DNA of 58,122 bases from positions 1-58,122 of the IMG/VR virus record IMGVR_UViG_3300024057_000003. One strand, written 5' to 3'. Positions 43,965-52,495 of this stretch are shown here, one piece after another. Origin of the DNA: a virus (Duplodnaviria; Caudoviricetes). The position numbers and the translations under genes were made by a program. The stretch's first letter is position 1; every line of letters starts with the position of its first letter. Below the pieces are notes generated by a model. That model ran no database searches, was not told the DNA's origin, and saw only the letters and a list, made by a program, of their open reading frames with translations.

Positions 43965-45278
43965 ATGCCTGACACACCGACCGCTGGACACGGATTGGCG
44001 CGTCCCCTCGATGGGGAGAATCCGGGCGCCGCCGTACTGAATTCCAACTGGGACAAGATCGATGTTCTCCTGGTCGGGAAGGGGATCACCTTTCCATCTT
44101 CGTATCCCGTAGGCGGCCTGTTCCTCCGCGAGGATCAGAGCAAGCTCTACCAGAACACAGGCACGCTCGGCACGCCTGCCTGGACCGTCCGGCTTTCCGA
44201 TGCGGCCGCCGGCCCCCCGGCCGCTCACGGCCCATCGCATGAGGACGGCGGAACGGACGAGTTCAACGTGGACGGGCTTGCTGGAACGCTCGCCCAGGCT
44301 CAGATCCCGGCGGCACACGCGCATGATCCAGCGGAAATCTCACCCCAAGGGCACACCTCTGGTCTCGACGCGGATGCGGTGGATGGGATTGAGGGCGCAG
44401 AGTTAATCCAGAGGGATGGGTCTGTACCCTTCACCGAAAACCAGTCGATGGGCGGCAAGAGGCTCACCGACCTTCCAGCGTCCGTTGACCCGAACGATGC
44501 GGTCCGGAAGGCTGAACTCAGCTTGTCGAATCCTCCAGTCGGGCATTCGTTCCACGGACGCCTGTCATTCGTTTCCACGACGTTCCTCACGGTGGGGACG
44601 GCTGGCAAGAAATCCGGGTTCCGTGACAGCACGGATTCGCAGGACATCGAATTCACCGGGACGCTGTCGATCGACGCCACGACAGTCGGCGCCGGCGGCC
44701 TCGACGCGGGAGCGCTCGCGCCGAGCCTTCATTACGCGGTCTTCGTGATAGCGGATTCCAACGGGGTGAACCCGGTCAAGGCCCTGATGTCCACGTCATT
44801 CGCAAGTCCGACTCTTCCGACGGGATACGACAGGTTCAGGCGCGTGGGCGTGGCGCGGACGAACGCAGGATCCGCCCTTCTGAAGTTCCAGCAGAGCGGG
44901 AATGGGAACGATCGGACCTACCAGTACATCGAAGCGCAGTCAGTGATTCAGGTGGTTGCCGGTGCCGGGGCCACGTCCTGGACGGGGCTTCCGCTCTCCA
45001 GCCTGATTCCATCGACGTCTCAAATGGCCATGCTGGCCGTGACCCTCGCCGCCAAGGCTGCGGGGACAAGGTCGATTCGGTTCCGTCCGACGGGAACCAC
45101 CGTGGCCGAGATCGATTCGCCTTGGGATCTTCAGACTCCGCGCGCGGGCGCCGACAGCGACCACCAGTTCCCTCCGTTCCTGATGCCGACCGATCCTTCT
45201 CAGAGCGTCGACTATGCTCAGGACGTTGCAGACGCAAGCGGTGATGTTTACGTTGTAGGATTTGTGGACGAGATATAA
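43965..45278 (+). CDS. tail fibre protein
   Basis: LNSNWDKID, HGPSHEDGGTDE, SGLDADAVDG, DAVRKAEL, PTLPTGYDRFRRVG fibre motifs. Confidence 0.75.
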   Translation: MPDTPTAGHGLARPLDGENPGAAVLNSNWDKIDVLLVGKGITFPSSYPVGGLFLREDQSKLYQNTGTLGTPAWTVRLSDAAAGPPAAHGPSHEDGGTDEFNVDGLAGTLAQAQIPAAHAHDPAEISPQGHTSGLDADAVDGIEGAELIQRDGSVPFTENQSMGGKRLTDLPASVDPNDAVRKAELSLSNPPVGHSFHGRLSFVSTTFLTVGTAGKKSGFRDSTDSQDIEFTGTLSIDATTVGAGGLDAGALAPSLHYAVFVIADSNGVNPVKALMSTSFASPTLPTGYDRFRRVGVARTNAGSALLKFQQSGNGNDRTYQYIEAQSVIQVVAGAGATSWTGLPLSSLIPSTSQMAMLAVTLAAKAAGTRSIRFRPTGTTVAEIDSPWDLQTPRAGADSDHQFPPFLMPTDPSQSVDYAQDVADASGDVYVVGFVDEI

Positions 45279-45742
45279 TGCCAAATGGATGGACGGACAC
45301 CGCTACGGGAAAACTCAAGCGTTGGGGTTTTTGCGACATGGCCCAAGAGGGCAACCCCAGCAGCGAGACGTACCGGCGAGATGTCCCTGAAGGCGCGTCA
45401 ATCTGCGGAAAGCAGAAGCACTATCACGTTTCCCAGGGGGCTGACGGAGCACCGTGGGCAGTTCACACCGATGGCGGAAGCGGTTCCTTTGGCGATGAGA
45501 ATATCCACTTCATCGCCCGGAAGGGGAAGCGCAAGACCAAGGAGCAGTGGTTCAGCGGCAAGAACCAAGACGGGACGTTCGCTGGCTTGGTGCGGGAGAT
45601 CATCTACACCCACACCAGGAGAAGGCTCGTCTCGGAAGAGCACCGCGTCTACTACGACAACGGCGTGCTGGCGATCGCGGTGAGGTACGATTACTTCAAG
45701 CAGGGCAGGAACATCGTAATTGAGAAGGTCGTGTTGCTATGA
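45278..45742 (+). CDS. hypothetical protein (possible fibre chaperone)
   Basis: 154 aa, TAATG-coupled to fibre gene. Confidence 0.6.
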   Translation: MPNGWTDTATGKLKRWGFCDMAQEGNPSSETYRRDVPEGASICGKQKHYHVSQGADGAPWAVHTDGGSGSFGDENIHFIARKGKRKTKEQWFSGKNQDGTFAGLVREIIYTHTRRRLVSEEHRVYYDNGVLAIAVRYDYFKQGRNIVIEKVVLL

Positions 45743-46485
45743 GAGAAACTGGTATTCCTGAGTCTGGATCCGTATCCCTTGACTTCGCCCGCGCAACGGC
45801 AGGCAAGTCACGGCTGGATGGCTTCAAGTTCCAGGACATCCCTGTCGGGAAGCGAGGGACACTCGACATCGTAGTTCCGCTCAAGACAGGCTGGGATCTT
45901 CTGGCAGGGTTTTCCTACGACCAGAACGCAAGTCCAGATGACCAGTTCTGGGTTGAGGTCAATCCGAACTTCGATGTCAATGGTCTCTTCACGTCCAAAG
46001 GCGCACCTGGAATCGGCCTCGTGGGAGCGACCGCTGCGGAAGGGTCGACGACGATCAAGTTGTCCACCGGAACCGGGGTCTTGATGCGGGACAACAGGCT
46101 TCTCGATGAAGGCTATTGGGTGCGGTTCAAGGCCGCGCCGGCCGACGTCGATGCGGCCGCCTATGAAGGCGAACTCTACGAGATCGCCGACTTCGATGCG
46201 GAGGCCGACACGATCACGCTGGTCGATCCCCTTCGCTCCGGAGGCTCTCTCGCACTCAACGACAAGGTCTACATCACGCGCCGAAGCGCCAAAGGTGCCT
46301 ACGTGTTCCCCGGCCAGGTCATGGTGGTCGGAGAGTACGCACCGGGGTCGGCCAACGTGCCTCAGAAAGTCAAGATCCGGATGATCTACAAGAACTCGGG
46401 AAGCGCGGCGATCGCGCCCCGATTCAACGTCGCCTACATGCGGGGCCGCGTAATCAATGGGGGAGAGGAGATAGAGCCGCAGTAG
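45739..46485 (+). CDS. hypothetical structural protein
   Basis: 248 aa, ATGA-coupled. Confidence 0.65.
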   Translation: MRETGIPESGSVSLDFARATAGKSRLDGFKFQDIPVGKRGTLDIVVPLKTGWDLLAGFSYDQNASPDDQFWVEVNPNFDVNGLFTSKGAPGIGLVGATAAEGSTTIKLSTGTGVLMRDNRLLDEGYWVRFKAAPADVDAAAYEGELYEIADFDAEADTITLVDPLRSGGSLALNDKVYITRRSAKGAYVFPGQVMVVGEYAPGSANVPQKVKIRMIYKNSGSAAIAPRFNVAYMRGRVINGGEEIEPQ

Positions 46486-46540
46486 CGAGAGGACTGGAAC
46501 CGGAAGCATAATTGGCTACAATGAGCACGGGTAAATCCTG

Positions 46541-46993
46541 ATGGGATACGTCTTCGACGATGTGAGCGGCAGGATCGCGTCGATCTTCCTTCAGACGACG
46601 CCGACGCCTCCGTCCGGATTCACGTTCACCACCGACGCGATCGCGAACGAGGACATCATCGACTCTAAGCGCGACATCGGCGGCGGGGTGATAAAGAAAA
46701 GGGACGGCCTCAAGCTCGTCGGCCTCAAAGCCGTTCCGGCCACCGGCGTCGGCCCGATCGCGGTCCAGAAGTTCGACGGGACCACGCTCTTCGATCTCAC
46801 GGGGGCCGGAGACAACGATCCGATCTGCTTCGCGATCGACAACAAGGACGCCTTCCTGGAGACGAAGGAGAGCGACCTCGTCAACGGCGCGGACTCCGTG
46901 CGGGTGGCGGCGCCGGCCCTTCCGGGATCCACGCGATTCCTTGTCTTCTCCGAAGGACTTCAACTTCTTGACGACGAGGTCTTGTTCACATAA
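46541..46993 (+). CDS. hypothetical structural protein
   Basis: 150 aa, TAATG-coupled to next gene. Confidence 0.65.
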   Translation: MGYVFDDVSGRIASIFLQTTPTPPSGFTFTTDAIANEDIIDSKRDIGGGVIKKRDGLKLVGLKAVPATGVGPIAVQKFDGTTLFDLTGAGDNDPICFAIDNKDAFLETKESDLVNGADSVRVAAPALPGSTRFLVFSEGLQLLDDEVLFT

Positions 46994-49071
46994 TGGCTTT
47001 CAACAGAAATCGCCTCTACGTCCCCACGCGAAAGGACCGCATCGTGCGGTTCGATCTCGCGAGCCCAGCGGTCCCGGTAGCGTTGGCCGATCTGGTTTTG
47101 GGTCTGGGCGTAGAGGTCGGGAGCCTTGCGCTCCTTTCAAACGGAGATATCGTTCTCGGCGACGTGAAAGCGGGACGGCTTGTCCGGATAGATCCCACCG
47201 GCACCGTGGCGTGGAACATCGACGCCCGGGATTCCACCGAGGTCATCCGACAGGTCCACGTCGACAAGGGCGACAACGTCTGGGTCGGCTTCGACGGAGG
47301 CTTGGTGGCCAAGTTCACGGGGGCCACCGGAGCTCTCCTGACCCGTGTGGCCGACACACAGAACTCGGTCCTCCAGTCGTCCGACGAGACGTTCGTCCTG
47401 ACGTACGACGACACCGTCGGCCGGGTCGTTCTGATCGACATCGGTAGTGCCACGATCTTCAAGGACTTCAGGATCGACACCGATCTGAGCAGCGACCACA
47501 CCCCCGTCCCGGTCAAGCAGATCGGGATGCGGGCGAGCAAGTTCTTCATCCCGGTGAAGAAGGTCTCGACCCAGAAGTACGAGATCATGGAGATTTCGAC
47601 GGACACGCTCCTTCAGATGCTCCCCCTGTCCTGGCCGAAGCCGATCACCGGGACGTTGATCGACGCCAGCGGGATCATCTTCGCGATGGACGAGTTCTCC
47701 ACCGTCTTCAAGTTCCTCTCCAACAGCTCGCTCTTCGCGATCTACAACCTCCAGGCTCAGGGCCGCTTGGACGCGATGGCGATCGAGGATTCCGCCGCCA
47801 TCCTGTACGTGACGAGTGACGACCTCCTCGGCGAGGGCAGGGTCCACGCTCTCGACCCCGCGACCGGGGTGGCGACCTTCAACGCCTACACGCCCGCTGG
47901 TGAGCATGACGGCGGGGATCTGACCGGCTACCAGCGGGCGATCATCATTGCCGAGCCCGACGTTCCTCTGACGCCGCCCGTGGTGTCGGCGCCGAGCATC
48001 ACCGGCTTCGACATCCCCAGCCAGGCGTTGACGCGGATCACCGGCCTGCCAGGAGCCGTCTCGGGGGCGGTCACCGTGACCTCGACCTTGGGCACCGTGC
48101 CGGTCGAAGCCGACGGATCGTTCCATCTGAGCGGCGCGGCGATCGGGCCGGGGCCGCACACGATCACCTTCACCGGGCCGGGTGGGGCGACGCCGCTGAT
48201 CGTGACCGTCGTGGCCTTCACCCCCAGCGCGACAGGCGGGGGGTTCCAGGGCACGAAGTTCGGGACGGACGGCGGCTTCATCAAGCTCTTCCTGACCGCG
48301 GCCGGCGCGCCCCTGACCACGGGGACGCACCACATCCGGATCAAGGAGAACAACTCGGGCTTCTACTGGAACGGGGCGACCTTGGTCGCGTCGGACGGCC
48401 TGTTCATCACCCTGGCCCACGACGAGAAGGGGATCTGGATCCACAACTTCACGCTCGGCGCGGGATTGCCGCCGGGGGACTACACGATCTTCTTCGAGGA
48501 AGGCACGCTCTTCCTCAACGACGAGGCCCTGATCACCACCGAAAAGCAGGAGATCGCCGAGACCCTCTCGGAGGTAAAAAAATTGTCGGCTCCCGCCGCG
48601 CCGTTCCTGGAGCCGGCGAACCTGCTCACGGACCCCAAGACGATCGGCGGCTTCCTGTTCCACAACCTGGCGCGGATCCAGTTCCACCTCAACGCCCTGA
48701 GCTTCAAGGCCCAGCTCCTCTTCCCGAAGATCATCGAAGGCGTGGCCGCCCTCATCTCCCGGACGTTCATCAAGAAGGGGGACACCCCGCTGATCGAGTT
48801 CTCCCTTCTGGATGCCGCCACCGGGGAACCGAAGGATCTGACGGGCCACACCGTGAAGTTCCGCGCGCGGACGCAGGTCGGCGGCCTGCTCATCTTCGGT
48901 CGGACGCTCGAACTGATCGACGCGCCGAACGGGAAGGCCAGCGTGCGCCTCGACCCGGCAGACACGGACACGGCCGGCGCGTTTGTCGCGGAAGTCGAAA
49001 CCGTTGCGCCCGATGCCGTGACGCTGTCGACCGAGACCTTCAGCTTCACGATCACTCCCGACCTCACCTGA
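46993..49071 (+). CDS. beta-propeller protein with C-terminal BppU-like domain
   Basis: VDKGDNVWVG, LIDASGIIF repeats; C-term IKKGDT..DLTGHTVKF..DAPNGKASVRL..DTDTAG. Confidence 0.6.
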   Translation: MAFNRNRLYVPTRKDRIVRFDLASPAVPVALADLVLGLGVEVGSLALLSNGDIVLGDVKAGRLVRIDPTGTVAWNIDARDSTEVIRQVHVDKGDNVWVGFDGGLVAKFTGATGALLTRVADTQNSVLQSSDETFVLTYDDTVGRVVLIDIGSATIFKDFRIDTDLSSDHTPVPVKQIGMRASKFFIPVKKVSTQKYEIMEISTDTLLQMLPLSWPKPITGTLIDASGIIFAMDEFSTVFKFLSNSSLFAIYNLQAQGRLDAMAIEDSAAILYVTSDDLLGEGRVHALDPATGVATFNAYTPAGEHDGGDLTGYQRAIIIAEPDVPLTPPVVSAPSITGFDIPSQALTRITGLPGAVSGAVTVTSTLGTVPVEADGSFHLSGAAIGPGPHTITFTGPGGATPLIVTVVAFTPSATGGGFQGTKFGTDGGFIKLFLTAAGAPLTTGTHHIRIKENNSGFYWNGATLVASDGLFITLAHDEKGIWIHNFTLGAGLPPGDYTIFFEEGTLFLNDEALITTEKQEIAETLSEVKKLSAPAAPFLEPANLLTDPKTIGGFLFHNLARIQFHLNALSFKAQLLFPKIIEGVAALISRTFIKKGDTPLIEFSLLDAATGEPKDLTGHTVKFRARTQVGGLLIFGRTLELIDAPNGKASVRLDPADTDTAGAFVAEVETVAPDAVTLSTETFSFTITPDLT

Positions 49072-49138
49072 TCAGGTACTTCTGAATTCTCTATTCTCTG
49101 GCTCAATGCTCTTTCTCTCCAAGGCCTAGCGCCTGCGG

Positions 49139-49498
49139 TTAGAGCCGATCCTCCGACTCTTCTTCCTGAAAATCGTATCCGCCACCATCCCCCACGGGAC
49201 TGTCGTCAGAATCCCAATCAGCACGTTGACGGTTACGAGAAAAACTGTGCGTCCTCGGCTTCTCGCCATTCATCCCTCCGTTCCGAAGAACCTTGACAAT
49301 CTTCATCATGAAGTCCTCCCCGAACGAGGAGAACTTGTCCTCTGCCTTGGAAAAGAAGTACCCCGCCGTTGCTCCTGCGAGGAACGCCCCAAGGTTGAAG
49401 ATCATCACCCAGGCCTTCTTCGGCTTTCGGGATTCGACCGCACGGTCTTTCTTGCGCGAGGTCTTGCCCTGTACTGCTGTTCTGCTACTCAGTGTCAT
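49139..49498 (-). CDS. small single-TM membrane protein
   Basis: ATG at 49498 with AAGGGG RBS; WVMIFNLGAFLAGATAGYFF; acidic C-terminus. Confidence 0.6.
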   Translation of the reverse strand: MTLSSRTAVQGKTSRKKDRAVESRKPKKAWVMIFNLGAFLAGATAGYFFSKAEDKFSSFGEDFMMKIVKVLRNGGMNGEKPRTHSFSRNRQRADWDSDDSPVGDGGGYDFQEEESEDRL

Positions 49499-49523
49499 CA
49501 CCCCTTTACAAATACGAGTCCAT

Positions 49524-49559
49524 AAAGAAAGAGCCGGGGAGGACCACCCTCCCCGACTC
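49524..49559 (-). terminator. Rho-independent terminator
   Basis: CGGGGAGG/CCTCCCCG stem followed on - strand by TTTCTTT. Confidence 0.65.
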
Positions 49560-49572
49560 CAAGCGGTGCTTG

Positions 49573-49809
49573 CTAGGGCGTGGACGTCGCCGCAGCGGCC
49601 GCGGCGGTCGCAGGCCGCCTGCGCCTGGGCGCCGGCGCGGGCGCGGGCTTGCTCGCGGGCTTCTTGCTGGCAGGCTTCTTGCCGGCGGGCTTCTTCTTCC
49701 GGCGGGGCTTGGGCTCGTCCTCCCCGCAGAAGTAGTAGAGCCCGGCCGCCACGAGCCCTGCCACCGCAGCCCCGGCACCTCCGACCAACCACCAGGTTTT
49801 CTGATCCAT
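49573..49809 (-). CDS. small N-terminally membrane-anchored Lys/Pro/Ala-rich protein (78 aa)
   Basis: ATG at 49809 with GGAGGT RBS; MDQKTWWLVGGAGAAVAGLVAAGLYYFC then KKPA repeats. Confidence 0.7.
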   Translation of the reverse strand: MDQKTWWLVGGAGAAVAGLVAAGLYYFCGEDEPKPRRKKKPAGKKPASKKPASKPAPAPAPRRRRPATAAAAAATSTP

Positions 49810-49852
49810 TGGACACCTCCAAAAAGGGAAAGAGATATCTCCACCTACAGGT

Positions 49853-49877
49853 CTTATACCGGAATTTCTGCGGTCAA
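49853..49877 (-). promoter_or_regulatory. putative phage early promoter TTGACC-N13-TATAAG (GGTATAAG core)
   Basis: Matches motif at 4175..4200. Confidence 0.45.
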
Positions 49878-49878
49878 C

Positions 49879-49908
49879 TATCAACAGGGGGGGGCTTTGT
49901 GATAGGAT
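49879..49908 (+). promoter_or_regulatory. putative promoter TATCAA-N18-TAGGAT with extended -10 TG
   Basis: Upstream of 49938; same -10 as the 9082 promoter. Confidence 0.4.
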
Positions 49909-49937
49909 GTGGAGGATCGTTTTCCGGAGGGAGAATC

Positions 49938-51005
49938 ATGCTCAAGCCCGGACACGTACTCGACATCTACGATGATGCTCAAGGGCAGCACCTCGCAGAC
50001 GGCACGCTCTTGAAGAAGTATGGCGAGCTGAGGGTCGATACCCCCGCCGAGCTGGCCAAGCTCCCTGACACCGAATTCGCGCTCGTCGTCTTCTCCAAGA
50101 CGGGCGAGAAGCATCGGAAGTTCCCGTTCCACCATCCCGAGGCGCTGGCCATGTCCCTCCACTACTTCGAGAAGGTGGCGGGGGATCTGCATCCCAAGGC
50201 CAGGACGATCGCGGCTTCCCGGCTCCATTCCGCCCACCTGCGGTTCGGCGCGGAGCCGACGGAGGAGATCAGCAAGCTCGCCAGCGCCGACGTCGTCGGG
50301 CCGTACTTCAACGTGGCCGAGGATCGGGAGGACAACCGTGTGTTCCTGCGGCCGGACGATCTGGCCGCTGCGGCGGAGCCCACCAAGTACGCGGTCAAGC
50401 GCGTCAGCGTGGATGGCTCGATCCTGGAAGCCTTCCCGATCACCGATGCCGTCCAGACTCAGGCGTCGGTGGTCGAGTTCAAGAAGGTTGCGTACGAGCT
50501 TCCAGCCCACGACCGCTACGGGACGGCGCTCACGTTGCAAGCCAGCCTCCGGCAGTTCGGCGTGCCGAAGGATGACGGGCTGGCCAAGCTCGCCTCGTTC
50601 GATCCGAACCCCGCCTTCGAGGCGCACGTGGCCGCCCGGATGGAAGCCTTGACCGATGATGGGGAGAAGAAGGTCCTGTCCGACCTCGTCAAGCTCGCCG
50701 AGAAACTGCCTGCCCCTCACATGGCGCGGGCGCTGGAGGACTTCGACCGCAAGACCGGCCTCCACCACTACTGGGATCAGCGGATCCGCAATCCGTGGGA
50801 CTCCTGCTACCAGCAGAAGACGGCGGGGATCAAGCAGGACGACAAGACGATCACGAAGGAGGCTCTCGTTTCCCTGATCGACTCGGGGAAGCTCAAGGGC
50901 ATCTTCAAAGAGTCCACCCTCAAGGATTTTCGCAAGGCTCCGGTGGAAGTATTCCAGAGCCTTCCGACGCCGACGAAGAACACCATCGCGGGCATGATTG
51001 CCTGA
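49938..51005 (+). CDS. head-associated protein with K-x-A motifs
   Basis: True start ATG 49938 with GGAGG RBS (355 aa); AKLPDTEFAL..RKFP motif; EKVAG, SKLAS, AKLAS, QKTAG. Confidence 0.75.
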   Translation: MLKPGHVLDIYDDAQGQHLADGTLLKKYGELRVDTPAELAKLPDTEFALVVFSKTGEKHRKFPFHHPEALAMSLHYFEKVAGDLHPKARTIAASRLHSAHLRFGAEPTEEISKLASADVVGPYFNVAEDREDNRVFLRPDDLAAAAEPTKYAVKRVSVDGSILEAFPITDAVQTQASVVEFKKVAYELPAHDRYGTALTLQASLRQFGVPKDDGLAKLASFDPNPAFEAHVAARMEALTDDGEKKVLSDLVKLAEKLPAPHMARALEDFDRKTGLHHYWDQRIRNPWDSCYQQKTAGIKQDDKTITKEALVSLIDSGKLKGIFKESTLKDFRKAPVEVFQSLPTPTKNTIAGMIA

Positions 51006-51017
51006 TCGGGGAGGGCC

Positions 51018-51581
51018 ATGCCGAAGGACCTCTTCGCGCCCGGAATCTACGACCCCAAGCGCTCCGAGGTTATCCCGACCGTCACGAAGCCGGAGCGTTG
51101 GAAGAGCGTGATCCATCAGCACAAGGCGTTCAAGGCAGGGCCTCACTTCGATCTCCGGCTCTTGGAGCCCGGGACCGACAATCTGCATAGCTGGGCGCTC
51201 AGGAAGCTCCCAAAGCCAGGCGAGAAGGCGCTGGCCGTTCTCCAGCCCACCCACAGCGCGGACTACATCGGGTTCAAGGGCGTGATCCCCAAGGGCTATG
51301 GTGCCGGGTCGGTGGGGATCCACTCGAAGAAAAGCGTCAAGGTCATCAAGGCCGAGCCGGGGAAGATCAGCTTCGAGCGGGGGAAGGAACTCTTCACGCT
51401 CGTCAAGACCAAGCCGAAGGGGAAGCGGGACAAGGACTGGTTGCTGATCAACAGGACCAAGCAGGCTTCGGCCGGCGGCGGCGGTGGCATTGGATCGAGC
51501 GGAGGAATCGTCGCTCTGCTCTTCACGAATCTCCTGCGTGGGACGAAGCTCTCGAAGATCGTGAAAGGAAAGAAGGGCTGA
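51018..51581 (+). CDS. stand-alone LigD-type 3'-phosphoesterase (PE) domain protein
   Basis: HKA..HFDLRL..SWA..LAV..H...Y..F.G.IP.GYGAG.V matches LigD PE signature. Confidence 0.85.
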   Translation: MPKDLFAPGIYDPKRSEVIPTVTKPERWKSVIHQHKAFKAGPHFDLRLLEPGTDNLHSWALRKLPKPGEKALAVLQPTHSADYIGFKGVIPKGYGAGSVGIHSKKSVKVIKAEPGKISFERGKELFTLVKTKPKGKRDKDWLLINRTKQASAGGGGGIGSSGGIVALLFTNLLRGTKLSKIVKGKKG

Positions 51582-52495
51582 TGGCTGGTCAGGTCGAAGA
51601 CTTCGATCCCTCAACGGAATTCGACTTCCTGAAGAAGTCAGTGGCACTCCCCAAGTCGGGTGCTTCGGAATTCAAGTCCGAAGGCGTCCAAGCCGTCAAT
51701 CTCCAGGAGGAGCTGACCAAGGAGGCGCAGGGTCCCGGTGCCGCTCCTCTTCGTGACTTGGACGATGCCGACAGCGATCTGCCGCCTGCCGACCTCCCGA
51801 TTGCGGCGCCGGCCGCGAAGGCCGCGCCCGTTGCTGTGGTCAAGGCGAAGCCTCCCGAACGCGCCAAGGAATCCTCCTTCTTCTCCACCTCGCGTTCGAC
51901 ACCGATTGAGCTGGACCGCACGCTGATCGACAAGTACGGCGTGGAGTGGCTCGACTGGGAGCCGGAGACGATCACGCAGTCGATCCGGCAGGACTGGAAC
52001 ACCCAGATCAGCCGGATCAACATGGACAAGATCATGGCCTCGAAGCTCCTCCACGTCTCCGACGAGTTCTGGAGACACTGGGAGGTATTCCAGAAGGTTG
52101 TCCTGTCCTTCAACAACATCACCCCGCTTTTCGATCGCGTCCAGGAGGTGACGGTCGCTCAGATCGTACACGCCCTCAACCAAGTGGGGGAGATCCGCAA
52201 AGAGGAGTTCCAGGACGAGGTCCTCTACTACATCGCCACTATGGCCAAAGAGGAAGGGTTCATCTGGTTGCCCTCCCCATTGGAGCCAGCCCAGAAGCAC
52301 CTCGACGAACTCAATCCTCCCGAGGCGGCCACGCTCAAGGCCGAGATCCGGGAGCGGTGGGAATCCTTGGACGGCGGCGATCTACGCAAGATGGAGTTTC
52401 AGGAGGACCTCTACGGCGTTCATCTCGCCAAGCTGGCCTCCATCGACCTCTACCTCGACGGAATGTCCGCGCCGGAGAACGAGGAGGATGTTTGA
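51581..52495 (+). CDS. hypothetical head-region protein
   Basis: 304 aa; KYGVEWLDWEPETI, FWRHWEVFQKV; TKEAQ; coupled to both neighbours. Confidence 0.75.
   Translation: MAGQVEDFDPSTEFDFLKKSVALPKSGASEFKSEGVQAVNLQEELTKEAQGPGAAPLRDLDDADSDLPPADLPIAAPAAKAAPVAVVKAKPPERAKESSFFSTSRSTPIELDRTLIDKYGVEWLDWEPETITQSIRQDWNTQISRINMDKIMASKLLHVSDEFWRHWEVFQKVVLSFNNITPLFDRVQEVTVAQIVHALNQVGEIRKEEFQDEVLYYIATMAKEEGFIWLPSPLEPAQKHLDELNPPEAATLKAEIRERWESLDGGDLRKMEFQEDLYGVHLAKLASIDLYLDGMSAPENEEDV

Noticed and set aside
49293-49937. N-terminal 215 aa of the 570-aa ORF-track call
   Set aside because: Antisense read-through of two real - strand genes; true start with RBS is 49938
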